In this document: positions 9,916 to 18,766 of the stretch, piece after piece
Layout: the number at the start of each line of letters is the position of its first letter
Position numbering within the stretch: position 1 is the first letter of the stretch
Origin: Planctomycetota bacterium
Lineage (GTDB): Bacteria; Planctomycetota; MHYJ01; WSZJ01
Direction of reading: 5' to 3'
Assembly: GCA_038060895.1 (NCBI GenBank)
Contig: JBBTCT010000035.1
Coordinates: 1-44,880 of the forward strand
DNA length: 44,880 nt
Notes under the pieces: model-generated
Seen by the model: the letters and a program-made list of their open reading frames with translations, nothing else
Databases searched by the model: none
Told to the model about the DNA's origin: nothing
Translations under genes and position numbers: made by a program

Positions 9916-10521
9916 CTATCGCCCCCCGACCATCCCGCGAAGGTCCGCCTCCAGTCGTTCGAGAACCGCCCTCAGCCCTGCATCCCACGCCTGCACCGCC
10001 TCCTCGGGAGTGTCTTCCTTCATCGTGACCGACTCGCCGTAGGATTTCGTGAGCACGATCTTCGCCGGACTCTGGCTTTCATCCGCCACCATGACCTGTA
10101 CTTCGACGACGGCCTTCAGCGGCATTGCGCGCGAGTCGATCCAGAGCTGCGCGACGTGGCCTTCGAGGATGTGCGTTGACGGTACGGAACTCGACATGCC
10201 CGTCACGCTGCCGAAAATTCCGGCGCGGGCGATCCAGGAACGCGATGCGTCCGTGATCATTTCGCGCGGCGGGACGAAGAAGGCCTCGTAGTAGTCGGAT
10301 TCCCACGTCGTCTCGGACTTGCGATAGACGAACTCGGCGCCTTCGTAGCGCGAGTTAATGGTGAAGGGTTTCACCGCAAGGATCGCGCCCTTCGGGCCGT
10401 CCACGGAGTCGCCGGGACGTTCGGCAGCAATGGCGTGCAGGTGCCGCTCGGGGTAATCCTTCGCGAGATCGATGCAGCCCGTAAGCAGGGGGAGCAGCAG
10501 CGCCAGGCTGTATTTCTGCAT
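9916..10521 (-). CDS. ABC-type transport auxiliary lipoprotein (PqiC/DUF330-like)
   Basis: Lipobox LLTGC; last gene of the MlaE-F-D operon; length and composition fit the family. Confidence 0.75.
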   Translation of the reverse strand: MQKYSLALLLPLLTGCIDLAKDYPERHLHAIAAERPGDSVDGPKGAILAVKPFTINSRYEGAEFVYRKSETTWESDYYEAFFVPPREMITDASRSWIARAGIFGSVTGMSSSVPSTHILEGHVAQLWIDSRAMPLKAVVEVQVMVADESQSPAKIVLTKSYGESVTMKEDTPEEAVQAWDAGLRAVLERLEADLRGMVGGR

Positions 10522-10524
10522 GGA

Positions 10525-11745
10525 CTACTTCCTTTCGCGCGGCGGGGGAGGGTTGCCGAACAGGATGTGCGCCGGGTACTTCTTCGCGTAGCCGCCCAAT
10601 TCCTGGACGTCCTGCGAAACGGCGCGGATGTTGCTGAGGACGTCGTTCAGGTCGTCCTGCTCGAGGGCGATGAGCCGATCAACGCGTTTGAACGTCATCT
10701 GGAGCGAAGCCAGCGCTTCAGGGAGATCCTCGGCAGTCCGGTTGATGTTCGTGAGCGTCGGGCCGAGATCCCGGTCAACGACAAGCTGGAGGGAGTCGAG
10801 GAGTTTCGTCGGCTGGGCGGTGAGCTCGTCAACGCGGGTGCCGATCTTCGCGATCGTCACATCCGCGTTCATCGCGACTTCGTTGACGCTGTCCACCGTG
10901 GCGGGGAGTCTTGACGAGGCATCCTTCAGGTCCTTTGCCACGGGAGCGAGGTCATCGCTGATCTGGCGGACGTTTTTCAGAAGCGGGGCCAGTTCCTCAC
11001 TGGCGGTACCGACATTCCTGAAGGTCGGTCCCAGATCGGCGATCGCGGCATTCACATTTTTCAGCGCAGGCGTCAGGTCTTCCTTGATCAGCCGCGTGAC
11101 CTCGAGGATGGCGAGGTCGACGTCCCTGGCCACGACGTCGATCTTGGCGTCCGCCAGCGAGTTGACGACGGACTCCGCCTGCATGGTGAGCCGGTTCGCG
11201 GTGCTCGGGACGGATGGAATGTAAATGTGCTCGGGAATCCACAGCGGCTTGATTTCTCCCGGGGGTGGGTCGGCAGGAGCGTCCGGGTCCGGGCCGGCCT
11301 TCTTGTCGGCGAAATAGTCGAATTCCATGTAGGCGACCGGAGAAATCCCCTGCGTCGCGAGGCGAACGCGGAGTCCGCGCTTGATCTCCTTCTCCACGAC
11401 TTCACGCGGATCGCGCGCAATGCGGTTCTGGTCGGTGAAGGCGGCACGGCTGATCGTCATCCGGACCACGACGAACCTGCCGGATTCGGTGAACGACTCG
11501 CCCGAGCTCCCCTCGCCGTACGTCTGGTACGCGAAGCCGACGGACTCGACGGCTCCGACCTCCACTCCCCGGTACTTGACCGGAGATCCTTTCGACAGCC
11601 CCGACACCGCTTCGTCGAGGTAAGTCTCCACGATGATCCCCTTCTCCTTGAACGCGCCGGAGCCGAGCATGATCAGGCCGGCGCTCCCCACCAGCACGGC
11701 GGCGATGACGAAAACGCCGATCCGGAAATACGCGGACTTGCTCAT
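10525..11745 (-). CDS. MCE/MlaD family protein
   Basis: N-terminal TM helix, VSGLSKGSPVKYRGVEVGAV MCE motif, long helical C-terminus. Confidence 0.9.
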   Translation of the reverse strand: MSKSAYFRIGVFVIAAVLVGSAGLIMLGSGAFKEKGIIVETYLDEAVSGLSKGSPVKYRGVEVGAVESVGFAYQTYGEGSSGESFTESGRFVVVRMTISRAAFTDQNRIARDPREVVEKEIKRGLRVRLATQGISPVAYMEFDYFADKKAGPDPDAPADPPPGEIKPLWIPEHIYIPSVPSTANRLTMQAESVVNSLADAKIDVVARDVDLAILEVTRLIKEDLTPALKNVNAAIADLGPTFRNVGTASEELAPLLKNVRQISDDLAPVAKDLKDASSRLPATVDSVNEVAMNADVTIAKIGTRVDELTAQPTKLLDSLQLVVDRDLGPTLTNINRTAEDLPEALASLQMTFKRVDRLIALEQDDLNDVLSNIRAVSQDVQELGGYAKKYPAHILFGNPPPPRERK

Positions 11746-12515
11746 GCGGGCTCTCCTGAAGTTTGCGCCGAGGCTTCACGGTTGAAGAACTGCCGGACGA
11801 AGGCGTTGTCGCTGTGGTCGCGCAGGTCGGCGGGCTTTCCCGTCGCCACGATCTTCTTCACACGCTTGTCGAGCATGATGACGCGGTCCGCGATCGAGTA
11901 GATGCTCGGTAACTCGTGCGTCACGACGACGAACGTCACGCCGAGCGTCCGCGCGAGCCGCTTGATCAGCGCATCGAGATCCGCGCTCGTCACGGGGTCC
12001 AGCCCCGCCGAAGGCTCGTCGAGGAAAAGGATCCGCGGGTCGAGCGCCATCGCGCGCGCGATCGCCGCGCGTTTCTGCATGCCGCCCGAGACTTCGCTGG
12101 GAAAGTGATTCTCGAAGCCGGCGAGGCTGACGAGCTTGAGCTTCATTTTCGTGAGAAGCGTCATCGCTTCGTCCGGAAGGTCCGTGAACTCTTCCATCGC
12201 CAGGCGGATGTTCTGCATGAGCGTCATGGAGCCGAACAGCGCGCCGCTCTGGTACATCACGCCGATTTTGCGCAGAATTTTCATTCGCAACCCGCCTTCG
12301 GCGCCCGCGATGTCGTCTCCCTCGATGAGGATCTTCCCGGCTGCCGGCTTGTAGAGGCCGATCATGTGCTTGAGCAGCGTGCTTTTGCCGCAGCCCGAGC
12401 CGCCCAGGATCACAAAGACCTCACCCGGGTTCACTTCGAACGAAATGTCGTCGATCACCACCGTGCCGTCATAGGCGGCAGTGAAATTCTCGACGCGGAT
12501 GATCGGCTCGGGCAT
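11742..12515 (-). CDS. ABC transporter ATP-binding protein, MlaF family
   Basis: GGSGCGKST, VSGGMQKRAAIARA, LFLDEPSAGLDP; ATG 12515 overlaps the upstream stop (TGATG). Confidence 0.92.
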   Translation of the reverse strand: MPEPIIRVENFTAAYDGTVVIDDISFEVNPGEVFVILGGSGCGKSTLLKHMIGLYKPAAGKILIEGDDIAGAEGGLRMKILRKIGVMYQSGALFGSMTLMQNIRLAMEEFTDLPDEAMTLLTKMKLKLVSLAGFENHFPSEVSGGMQKRAAIARAMALDPRILFLDEPSAGLDPVTSADLDALIKRLARTLGVTFVVVTHELPSIYSIADRVIMLDKRVKKIVATGKPADLRDHSDNAFVRQFFNREASAQTSGEPA

Positions 12516-13645
12516 CAGAACCCCAGGGAGTAGTAGACGACGGAGAAAAGACCGTCGGAAAGAATGATGAGCACGATGCCGGCGACGACGGCGCGGGTCG
12601 TGGATTCGCCGACGGCGCTGGCGCCTGTTCCTGTCTGCAGGCCGCGAAGGCAGCCGATGCCGGCGACGAGCAGGCCGAAGACGAGGGACTTGAAGAGTCC
12701 CGATGGAAGGTCGCTGAACTGCAGGGCATGGGACACTTCGTTCCAGTAGATCGTCGGTGGAAACCCGATCGACCACATGACGACCATGCCGCCGAGGAGG
12801 GCGAACAGGTCCATGAAGATCGTAAGCAGGGGGGTCACGGCGACCGCGGCGAGCACGCGCGTGACGACGAGAAAACGGACCGGCGGGATTCCCATCGTCG
12901 TAAGCGCGTTGATTTCCTCGTTCACGCGCATCGTTCCGATTTCCGCGGCGAACGCGCTTCCGGATCGCCCGGCCAGGATGATGGCGGTCATGAGGGGGCC
13001 GAGCTCTTTGACCACGGAGAGGGAGACGAGGTCGGCGACCATGATCTCTGCACCGAACATTCTCATGGGAGTGACGGCCTGGAAGGCGAGGATGAGGCCG
13101 ATGAGGAAGCCGATGAGCGCGATGATCGGGAACGCCATGACGCCTGCCTGTTCGACGACGCGGAAAGTGTCCTTCCAGCGGACGGACCGCGGGTGCGCCA
13201 GGGCGCGGACGAGAGTGGCGATGAGCTCGCCCGTGAAGACGAGCTGCGCGGCGGCGTCCTTCACGACCGACGAGACCGAGCGCCCGACTGTCTCCACGAA
13301 CGACACCTGAGTCGACGGGCGTGACGGCGTGTCGAGCGCGCCTGGAGGGAATTCGTCGAACAGCGGTTTGAGGCTTTCGGCGATGCCGCGGGAACCGAAG
13401 GGCAGGTTCTCGGCGAGCAGCCGGTCGCGCAACCGCACGTAGAGCGCTACCCCGGCGCCGTCCATGGACGTCATCCCCGTGGCATCGAAGACGACCGTGT
13501 CCGGCCGGTGCCCGGCCAGAGCGGTTTCGGCGGCGCGCCACGCAGCTCCCGTCGAGATCGTGTCGAGCCGGCCCTCCACGAAGAGAGTGAGGGTGCCTGC
13601 CGTGAACTCGGCGCGGAGGACTGAAGTTGCGTTGGCGACAGGCAT
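12515..13645 (-). CDS. MlaE family permease with N-terminal STAS-like domain
   Basis: KELGPLMTAIILAGRSGSAFAAEIGTMRVNEEINAL MlaE signature; N-terminal GRLD...MDGAG STAS-like segment. Confidence 0.92.
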   Translation of the reverse strand: MPVANATSVLRAEFTAGTLTLFVEGRLDTISTGAAWRAAETALAGHRPDTVVFDATGMTSMDGAGVALYVRLRDRLLAENLPFGSRGIAESLKPLFDEFPPGALDTPSRPSTQVSFVETVGRSVSSVVKDAAAQLVFTGELIATLVRALAHPRSVRWKDTFRVVEQAGVMAFPIIALIGFLIGLILAFQAVTPMRMFGAEIMVADLVSLSVVKELGPLMTAIILAGRSGSAFAAEIGTMRVNEEINALTTMGIPPVRFLVVTRVLAAVAVTPLLTIFMDLFALLGGMVVMWSIGFPPTIYWNEVSHALQFSDLPSGLFKSLVFGLLVAGIGCLRGLQTGTGASAVGESTTRAVVAGIVLIILSDGLFSVVYYSLGF

Positions 13646-13861
13646 GAGCAGGAGATCTTGCCCTCAGAATCCGCGCGGGAGAATGAATTGCTCCGTTCTG
13701 CAGCAGCACCCGGAGGGCGATGCATCCTTCTTACGGCGGCCGGGAGCTTCCGGTTTCCTGCAGATCATGAGAATCATTCCGGCTCGCCCGTCCGCATGCC
13801 ACACTCGTCGTTTCACCCGCTCTCTTCACAGGCCTCCCGTCCCCCGCTACCCTCCCGCCCC

Positions 13862-15070
13862 ATGCCTCCGCGCCCGCGCCGACAGAAACGCTCGCTCCTG
13901 AACACCGGCGGTGAAAGCACGCGCTGGGGCGACCCGGAGACCGCGGCGAAGCTGGCGGAGTGCCTGCAGGTCGATCCCGAAGTGCGGCTGCCGTTCACGC
14001 ACGGGTTTCACACGTACCCGGCGCGGATGCACCCGCAGACGGCGGAGCGGGCGATCGCGCTGTTCGGCGGAAAGTCGGGCGCGGTTCTGGATCCGTTCGT
14101 GGGAAGCGGCACCGTCGCGCTTGAAGCGCTCCGGGCCGGCCGGCCGTTTACCGGCGTGGACATCGGGGCGGTGGCGCTCGAGATCGCCTGGGCGCGGACA
14201 CGGGTGTTCCGCAACAACGAGGAGCGGCTGGTCGATCGCGAGGGGTTCGAGATTGCGAAGCGCGCCGCGAAGTGGAACCTGCGCGACATGCCGATGCCGG
14301 ACTGGGGGAGCGAAGTCGAGAGCTGGTTCAGCCCGCACACGCTTCGCGAGATCGCGCTGGTGCTGGACCTGATCGACCAGGTGAAGCGAGACGACCTGCG
14401 GCGCGTGCTGCGTGTCGTGCTGTCGTCGGTGGTGATCCGGCTGTCGAAGCAGGCGTCCGACTCGGTGACGGTGGTGGACCGGGAGTGGAAGCCGTGGCCG
14501 CCGAGGGCGACGTACCGGCTGTTCTCGGAGAAGTGCAAGGAGACGGCGATCAGCTTCGCGAACCTCGCGAAGGACATGAGGGAGCGCGGGGTGAAGCCGG
14601 TGGAGCCGGAGTTCTGGCTGCAGGATGCGCGCACCGTGCAACTGCCGAAGGGGGCGTTCGCGATCGGGGTGTCGTCGCCGCCGTACCCCGGGACGTACGA
14701 CTACGTGTTTCACCATTTCCTCCGGTATCCGCTCTTTGGCGAGGACCCGGGCTTCGCGCGGCAGCACGAAATCGGAGCGCGGCGGGATTTCAAGAAGGGC
14801 GGGGACGCTCTTCAGAAGTACGCGACGGACATGACGCAGTGCGTCAAAAACGCCCTCGACGCGCTCGTCCCGGGCGCCCCCCTCCTGCTTCTCATCGGCG
14901 ACGGCCGCTTCGGCATGAGAGACGTCCCCGCCGCCGACCTCGTCCGCGACATCGCGAGGAAACTCGGCGCAAGAATCCCGGCAGGGGCTTCGCAGCAGCG
15001 TACGGAGTGGTCATTCGGGGCGAGGGCGGGGAAGAAGGCGGAGCATTTCATTCTTGTGACGCGCGGGTAG
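13862..15070 (+). CDS. Orphan site-specific DNA methyltransferase (N4-C/N6-A type)
   Basis: THGFHTYPARMHP, motif I LDPFVGSGT, motif IV SSPPY; start codon uncertain. Confidence 0.75.
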   Translation: MPPRPRRQKRSLLNTGGESTRWGDPETAAKLAECLQVDPEVRLPFTHGFHTYPARMHPQTAERAIALFGGKSGAVLDPFVGSGTVALEALRAGRPFTGVDIGAVALEIAWARTRVFRNNEERLVDREGFEIAKRAAKWNLRDMPMPDWGSEVESWFSPHTLREIALVLDLIDQVKRDDLRRVLRVVLSSVVIRLSKQASDSVTVVDREWKPWPPRATYRLFSEKCKETAISFANLAKDMRERGVKPVEPEFWLQDARTVQLPKGAFAIGVSSPPYPGTYDYVFHHFLRYPLFGEDPGFARQHEIGARRDFKKGGDALQKYATDMTQCVKNALDALVPGAPLLLLIGDGRFGMRDVPAADLVRDIARKLGARIPAGASQQRTEWSFGARAGKKAEHFILVTRG

Positions 15071-15163
15071 GGAAAACGCCAACTCCAACCCCAAATCCCA
15101 ATCAAAGGCCATTCGAGTTCGGGGGTGCCTTGGGGTTGGAGTTGGGGTTGGAGTTGGCATTTA
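15071..15163. repeat. ~90-bp inverted-repeat element built of GGAGTT/GGGGTT hexamers (REP/MITE-like)
   Basis: Left arm AAACGCCAACTCCAACCCCAA and right arm TTGGGGTTGGAGTTGGCATTT are reverse complements with one mismatch; same core as 3708-3728. Confidence 0.75.
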
Positions 15164-15297
15164 GGTCGTCGTCGTCCCATTTCCGTTTGCCCCCCACCCC
15201 GCCGCTTCGCACAATGGCTCCCCCAACCAGGGGAATGCGCGCCACCCCGCGCGCGTTCAGGAAAGACGTGTCAGGGGGCCGTTTCGAGGAGGGATGA

Positions 15298-16659
15298 ATG
15301 AACTGTCGAATGCTGGCCGCCGCGCTGGTGGCCGCGGCGCTCGTGGCGGGACCGGCGCGGGCGGATGAGCCGGAGACGTCGGAACTGGAAGGGGAGCACG
15401 AGAAGGAAATCCTGTGTGTCGCGTGGAGCCCGGACGGCACGATGCTGGCGTCTTCCGGCGACGACAAGATGATCGTCGTCTGGGACGCGAAGGCCGGGTC
15501 GCGCAAGATGCGGCTGGGAGAGCACGAGGGGTCGGTCTGCGGGATCGCGTGGAGCCCGGACGGGAAGTACATCGCGGGCGCGGACGCGCATGGGCCGATC
15601 CGGGTCTGGGACATCGGGCGGCGGAAACAGGCGCGCGAGATCGAGGGGCACAGTGACGGATGCCTCGCGGTGGCGTGGCGCGGCGATGTCATCGCCAGCA
15701 CGGGCCGGGACGGCGTTCTCAAGCTGACCGACTCGAGAAACGGCGCGGAAATCCGCCGCTGGAAGATCAAGGGCGAGGGGTGGGGCTGCGCGCTCAGCGC
15801 GGACGGGTCGAAAGTTGCGGTCGGCGACGAGCAGGCCGGCCTCGGCGTCTACGACGCGCTCAGCGGAAAGATCCTGTTCTCGCTTCGCGGCCATAAGGAC
15901 CAGGTCCACGGCGTCACTTTCAGCCCCAACGGAAAACTCCTCGCCACCTCGAGCTTCGACGGCACCGTCCGGCTCTGGGATATGGACAGCGGCCGGGCCA
16001 CACAGACTCTCCAGGTCGGCGACCAGCGCGTTTGCGGCGTTGCATTTAAGCCTGACGGAAAGCAGGTGGCGACCGCGTGCCATGACGCGAAAGTGAAGAT
16101 CTTTGAAGTGTCGAGCGGGAATCTGCTCGAGGACTTTGACGGGTTCAACAATAACTTCGCGGCGGTGGCGTGGAGCCCGGACGGTAAAGTTCTGGCAGCC
16201 GCGGGCGGAGACAGGAATGTGCATCTCTGGTCGTTCGAGCCCGCGCCTCGCAGAGTCGAACCGCCGCGCCGGGAAGATCCCCCGCGGCGCGAAGATCCGC
16301 CCCGCGTCGATCCGCCGAAGCCTCCGCCGCCGGAGCCGCCGAAGCCTGACAAACGAGATCTTGCGAAGAAGCAGATCAAGGATCTGGACGCTGCGCTGAA
16401 GGCGTTCCAGGCCGAGAACGGGTACCTGCCGCACTCGGTCAACGCCAGCATGGTAGTCGCGCTTTCCGCCGGCAGGCGCGCGGTTTACTACCGCTTCAAT
16501 CGTGAAGAGCTGAATGGCCGAAGCGAAGCCGTGGACGTCTGGGGAAATCCGCTGATCTATCACTCGCCGGGCACGAAGGGGGCAGCGTTTGACTTGTTCT
16601 CGTGCGGCCCGAACGGGAAGGATGAGTGCGGCGCGGGGGATGACATTGGGAACTGGTAG
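15298..16659 (+). CDS. Exported WD40 beta-propeller protein with Pro-rich linker and C-terminal GspG-like pseudopilin globular domain
   Basis: Signal peptide; about seven GH...WD-type repeats; PPRREDPPRREDPP linker; DLDAALKAF..ENGYLP...DVWGNPLIYHSPG...FDLFSCGPNG...DDIGNW. Confidence 0.82.
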   Translation: MNCRMLAAALVAAALVAGPARADEPETSELEGEHEKEILCVAWSPDGTMLASSGDDKMIVVWDAKAGSRKMRLGEHEGSVCGIAWSPDGKYIAGADAHGPIRVWDIGRRKQAREIEGHSDGCLAVAWRGDVIASTGRDGVLKLTDSRNGAEIRRWKIKGEGWGCALSADGSKVAVGDEQAGLGVYDALSGKILFSLRGHKDQVHGVTFSPNGKLLATSSFDGTVRLWDMDSGRATQTLQVGDQRVCGVAFKPDGKQVATACHDAKVKIFEVSSGNLLEDFDGFNNNFAAVAWSPDGKVLAAAGGDRNVHLWSFEPAPRRVEPPRREDPPRREDPPRVDPPKPPPPEPPKPDKRDLAKKQIKDLDAALKAFQAENGYLPHSVNASMVVALSAGRRAVYYRFNREELNGRSEAVDVWGNPLIYHSPGTKGAAFDLFSCGPNGKDECGAGDDIGNW

Positions 16660-16723
16660 GGAAAGACGGCAGGGGATGGAGAACGACGGGTCGGGGTCGG
16701 GGCGGGCTGGGGTGAATGCAACA

Positions 16724-16757
16724 GCCTCCGCGGGCGATGAGCTCGCGGGGGTTTTTT
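16724..16757 (+). terminator. Intrinsic terminator
   Basis: CCTCCGCGGGC-GATGA-GCTCGCGGGGG hairpin (with G-U pairs) followed by TTTTTT, between convergent genes. Confidence 0.7.
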
Positions 16758-16782
16758 CGTGGGGCTGCGGCCAGTGGCCCGG

Positions 16783-17676
16783 TCAGCCCTTGACCCGGAC
16801 TTCGTGAAGCGCGTACCGCCCGCTCTTCCCCTTGATGAGCACATCCACCGTCTTTCCGCCTTCGACCTGGTCCTTCACCCGTTCCCAGACGGCGGCCGTG
16901 ACGAGCACGTCGACGCCCGCGTTTTTTGTTTCCGCTTCGACGCGCGCAGCCAGGTTGACCGCGTCGCCGACGACCGTCATGCGGCGCGCTCCGCCGGCGC
17001 CGACGGCGCCGAGGACGACGTCGCCGGCGTGGACGCCGCAGCCGATGCGGAATCCGGAGCCGAACTGCGACTCGACCCAGGCGGACATCTGGTTTGCCGC
17101 GGCAACGAGGCCCAGGGCGGCGCGGACGGCATCGCGGGGCTCCTGGAAGAGCGCAAGAAAGCCGTCGCCCATGACGTTGTCGATCCGGCCGTTCGCGGAC
17201 TGGACTACCTTTTCGGCCCGGACGTACCAGCGGTTCAGGACGTGGATCACGTCGTAAGCCGAATGCGACTCTGCGAACGTGGTGAAGTTCCGGATGTCGC
17301 AGAAGAGGATCGCGACGTGCTGCTCCTCGCCGAGGCTGTGCGGTCCGGTGTTTTCGAGTTCGCCTTCGACGAGCGCTTCGTCTTCCGCGTCGATGACGAG
17401 CCGCCAGGCAGTCACGTCGCCGTGGATCCTGGCCTGGCACGCGAGCCGGACGCCTTCGGGAAATCCCAGGCGGGTGGCCATTTCGCGCTCGGCTTCCGTC
17501 GGAGGCGAGAGGTGGGCTGCCCCTTCAAGAACGAGCACGCGGCAGGTCGAGCACTTCGCATTCCCGCCGCACGCGTGTGCCAGCGGCAGGCTCGCGGCGA
17601 GCGAGCACGCGAGGAGCGTCGAGTCGGCGGCGCACTCGGCCCGGCGGCTGTCGGCAGGCCAGGAGACGATGGGCAT
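16783..17676 (-). CDS. Class III adenylate/guanylate cyclase with N-terminal 2Fe-2S ferredoxin domain
   Basis: HACGGNAKCSTC...RLACQ ferredoxin Cys pattern; ILFCDIRNFT, MGDG, GDAVNLAARVE cyclase motifs. Confidence 0.9.
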   Translation of the reverse strand: MPIVSWPADSRRAECAADSTLLACSLAASLPLAHACGGNAKCSTCRVLVLEGAAHLSPPTEAEREMATRLGFPEGVRLACQARIHGDVTAWRLVIDAEDEALVEGELENTGPHSLGEEQHVAILFCDIRNFTTFAESHSAYDVIHVLNRWYVRAEKVVQSANGRIDNVMGDGFLALFQEPRDAVRAALGLVAAANQMSAWVESQFGSGFRIGCGVHAGDVVLGAVGAGGARRMTVVGDAVNLAARVEAETKNAGVDVLVTAAVWERVKDQVEGGKTVDVLIKGKSGRYALHEVRVKG

Positions 17677-17696
17677 GCGTGGATCGCTGGAAGGCG

Positions 17697-18728
17697 TTAC
17701 TTCTCCGCAGGCGCCTTCTTCAGCTCCTCCTCCAACCTCGCCTCGCTACCGCCCTTGACCAGGTTTCCCTCCGGGTCGATCAGGATCACCGTCGGGAACG
17801 AGTGGATGCCGAGTTTCTTGATCGTGTCCCCGGAAGCGTCGAGCAGGATGGGAAAGGGAAGCGACTTTCCCTGCCACTTGTCCTTGATGATCGGCTTCAG
17901 CTTCTCGTCCAGTTCCTCGAACGTCTTTGCGCGGGCGTCGTGGAAGGCGAGGATCTCGAAGCGGTCGCGCTGGTCCTTGTGCTTCTCGTAGAAGTCCATG
18001 AGGCGCGGCAGACTGCCGCCCGTGCACGGCCCTCACCAGAAGCCCCAGAATTCGATGAGGACCCATTTGCCCCGGTAGTCGGCGGGCTGCGCGGTTTTCG
18101 CGACGCCGCGGGCGTCGCTGATCTTCCAGGCCGGGAATTCCTTTCCCATGAGCGTCGCCAGGGCGGTCGGCGCGATCTTGAGAAGCCCCAGGTCCAGGTC
18201 CTTGCCGGAGGCCGCTTCGACGTTCTTCGAGAGCGTCTCCATGTCGCGATGCGAAACCCAGAAATTCCACGCGCCAGGCGGCAGCTTCGTGGACCACTTC
18301 AGCTCCGTCGCGTGCAGGTTTCCCGCCCGCGCCTTGCCGAACTGCCACTGGAGGGAAGCGCCAGCGGGGCTGAGCGACGCATCGGTGCACGCCAGCTCGC
18401 CGCTCACGGTCGCCAGGGGCGCGAGGCGAAGCGGTTGCGGGCTGGCCGGGTCGCCGACGACGACGGCCGCGCCGAGCTCGCGCGCTTCGTCGAACGCGAT
18501 GAGCGCCACCGGCGCGCGGTAGTACTTGAGGACCAGGGTAAATGTCCCGTCCTCGCCGGTCTTCACGCCGCCGTAGGACTTGATCTCCCTGCCGAACTGC
18601 CAGTTGGTCCCGACCTCGACGCCCGCGACGGGTTTCCCGTCCGCGCCGTTCACGGTTCCCGTGAGGGTAGTGTCTGCGACGGCAATGCCGGCCATCGCGA
18701 CGGCCGCCAGGACCCAGCGTGCGTGCAT
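17697..18728 (-). CDS. Exported TlpA/redoxin-family protein, probable selenoprotein (UGPC active site)
   Basis: ORFs 18033..18728 and 17697..17999 are in one frame joined by TGA at 18033-18035: KWVLIEFWGFW-U-GPCTGGSLPRLMDFYEK...FPTVILIDPEG. AAGGAG SD, signal peptide, hairpin downstream of the UGA. Confidence 0.85.
18008..18022 (-). promoter_or_regulatory. Candidate bacterial SECIS hairpin of the TlpA-like gene
   Basis: GCGGCA-GTC-TGCCGC stem-loop starting 14 nt after the in-frame UGA; G at the start of the apical loop. Confidence 0.55.
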
Positions 18729-18766
18729 CGAAAGCTCCTTCAATCGCGGCGAACCGCCGCGGAGTC

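Noticed and set aside
16686-16713. G-tract run GGGTCGGGGTCGGGGCGGGCTGGGG as a G-quadruplex element
   Set aside because: Single occurrence in very GC-rich intergenic DNA with no supporting evidence.
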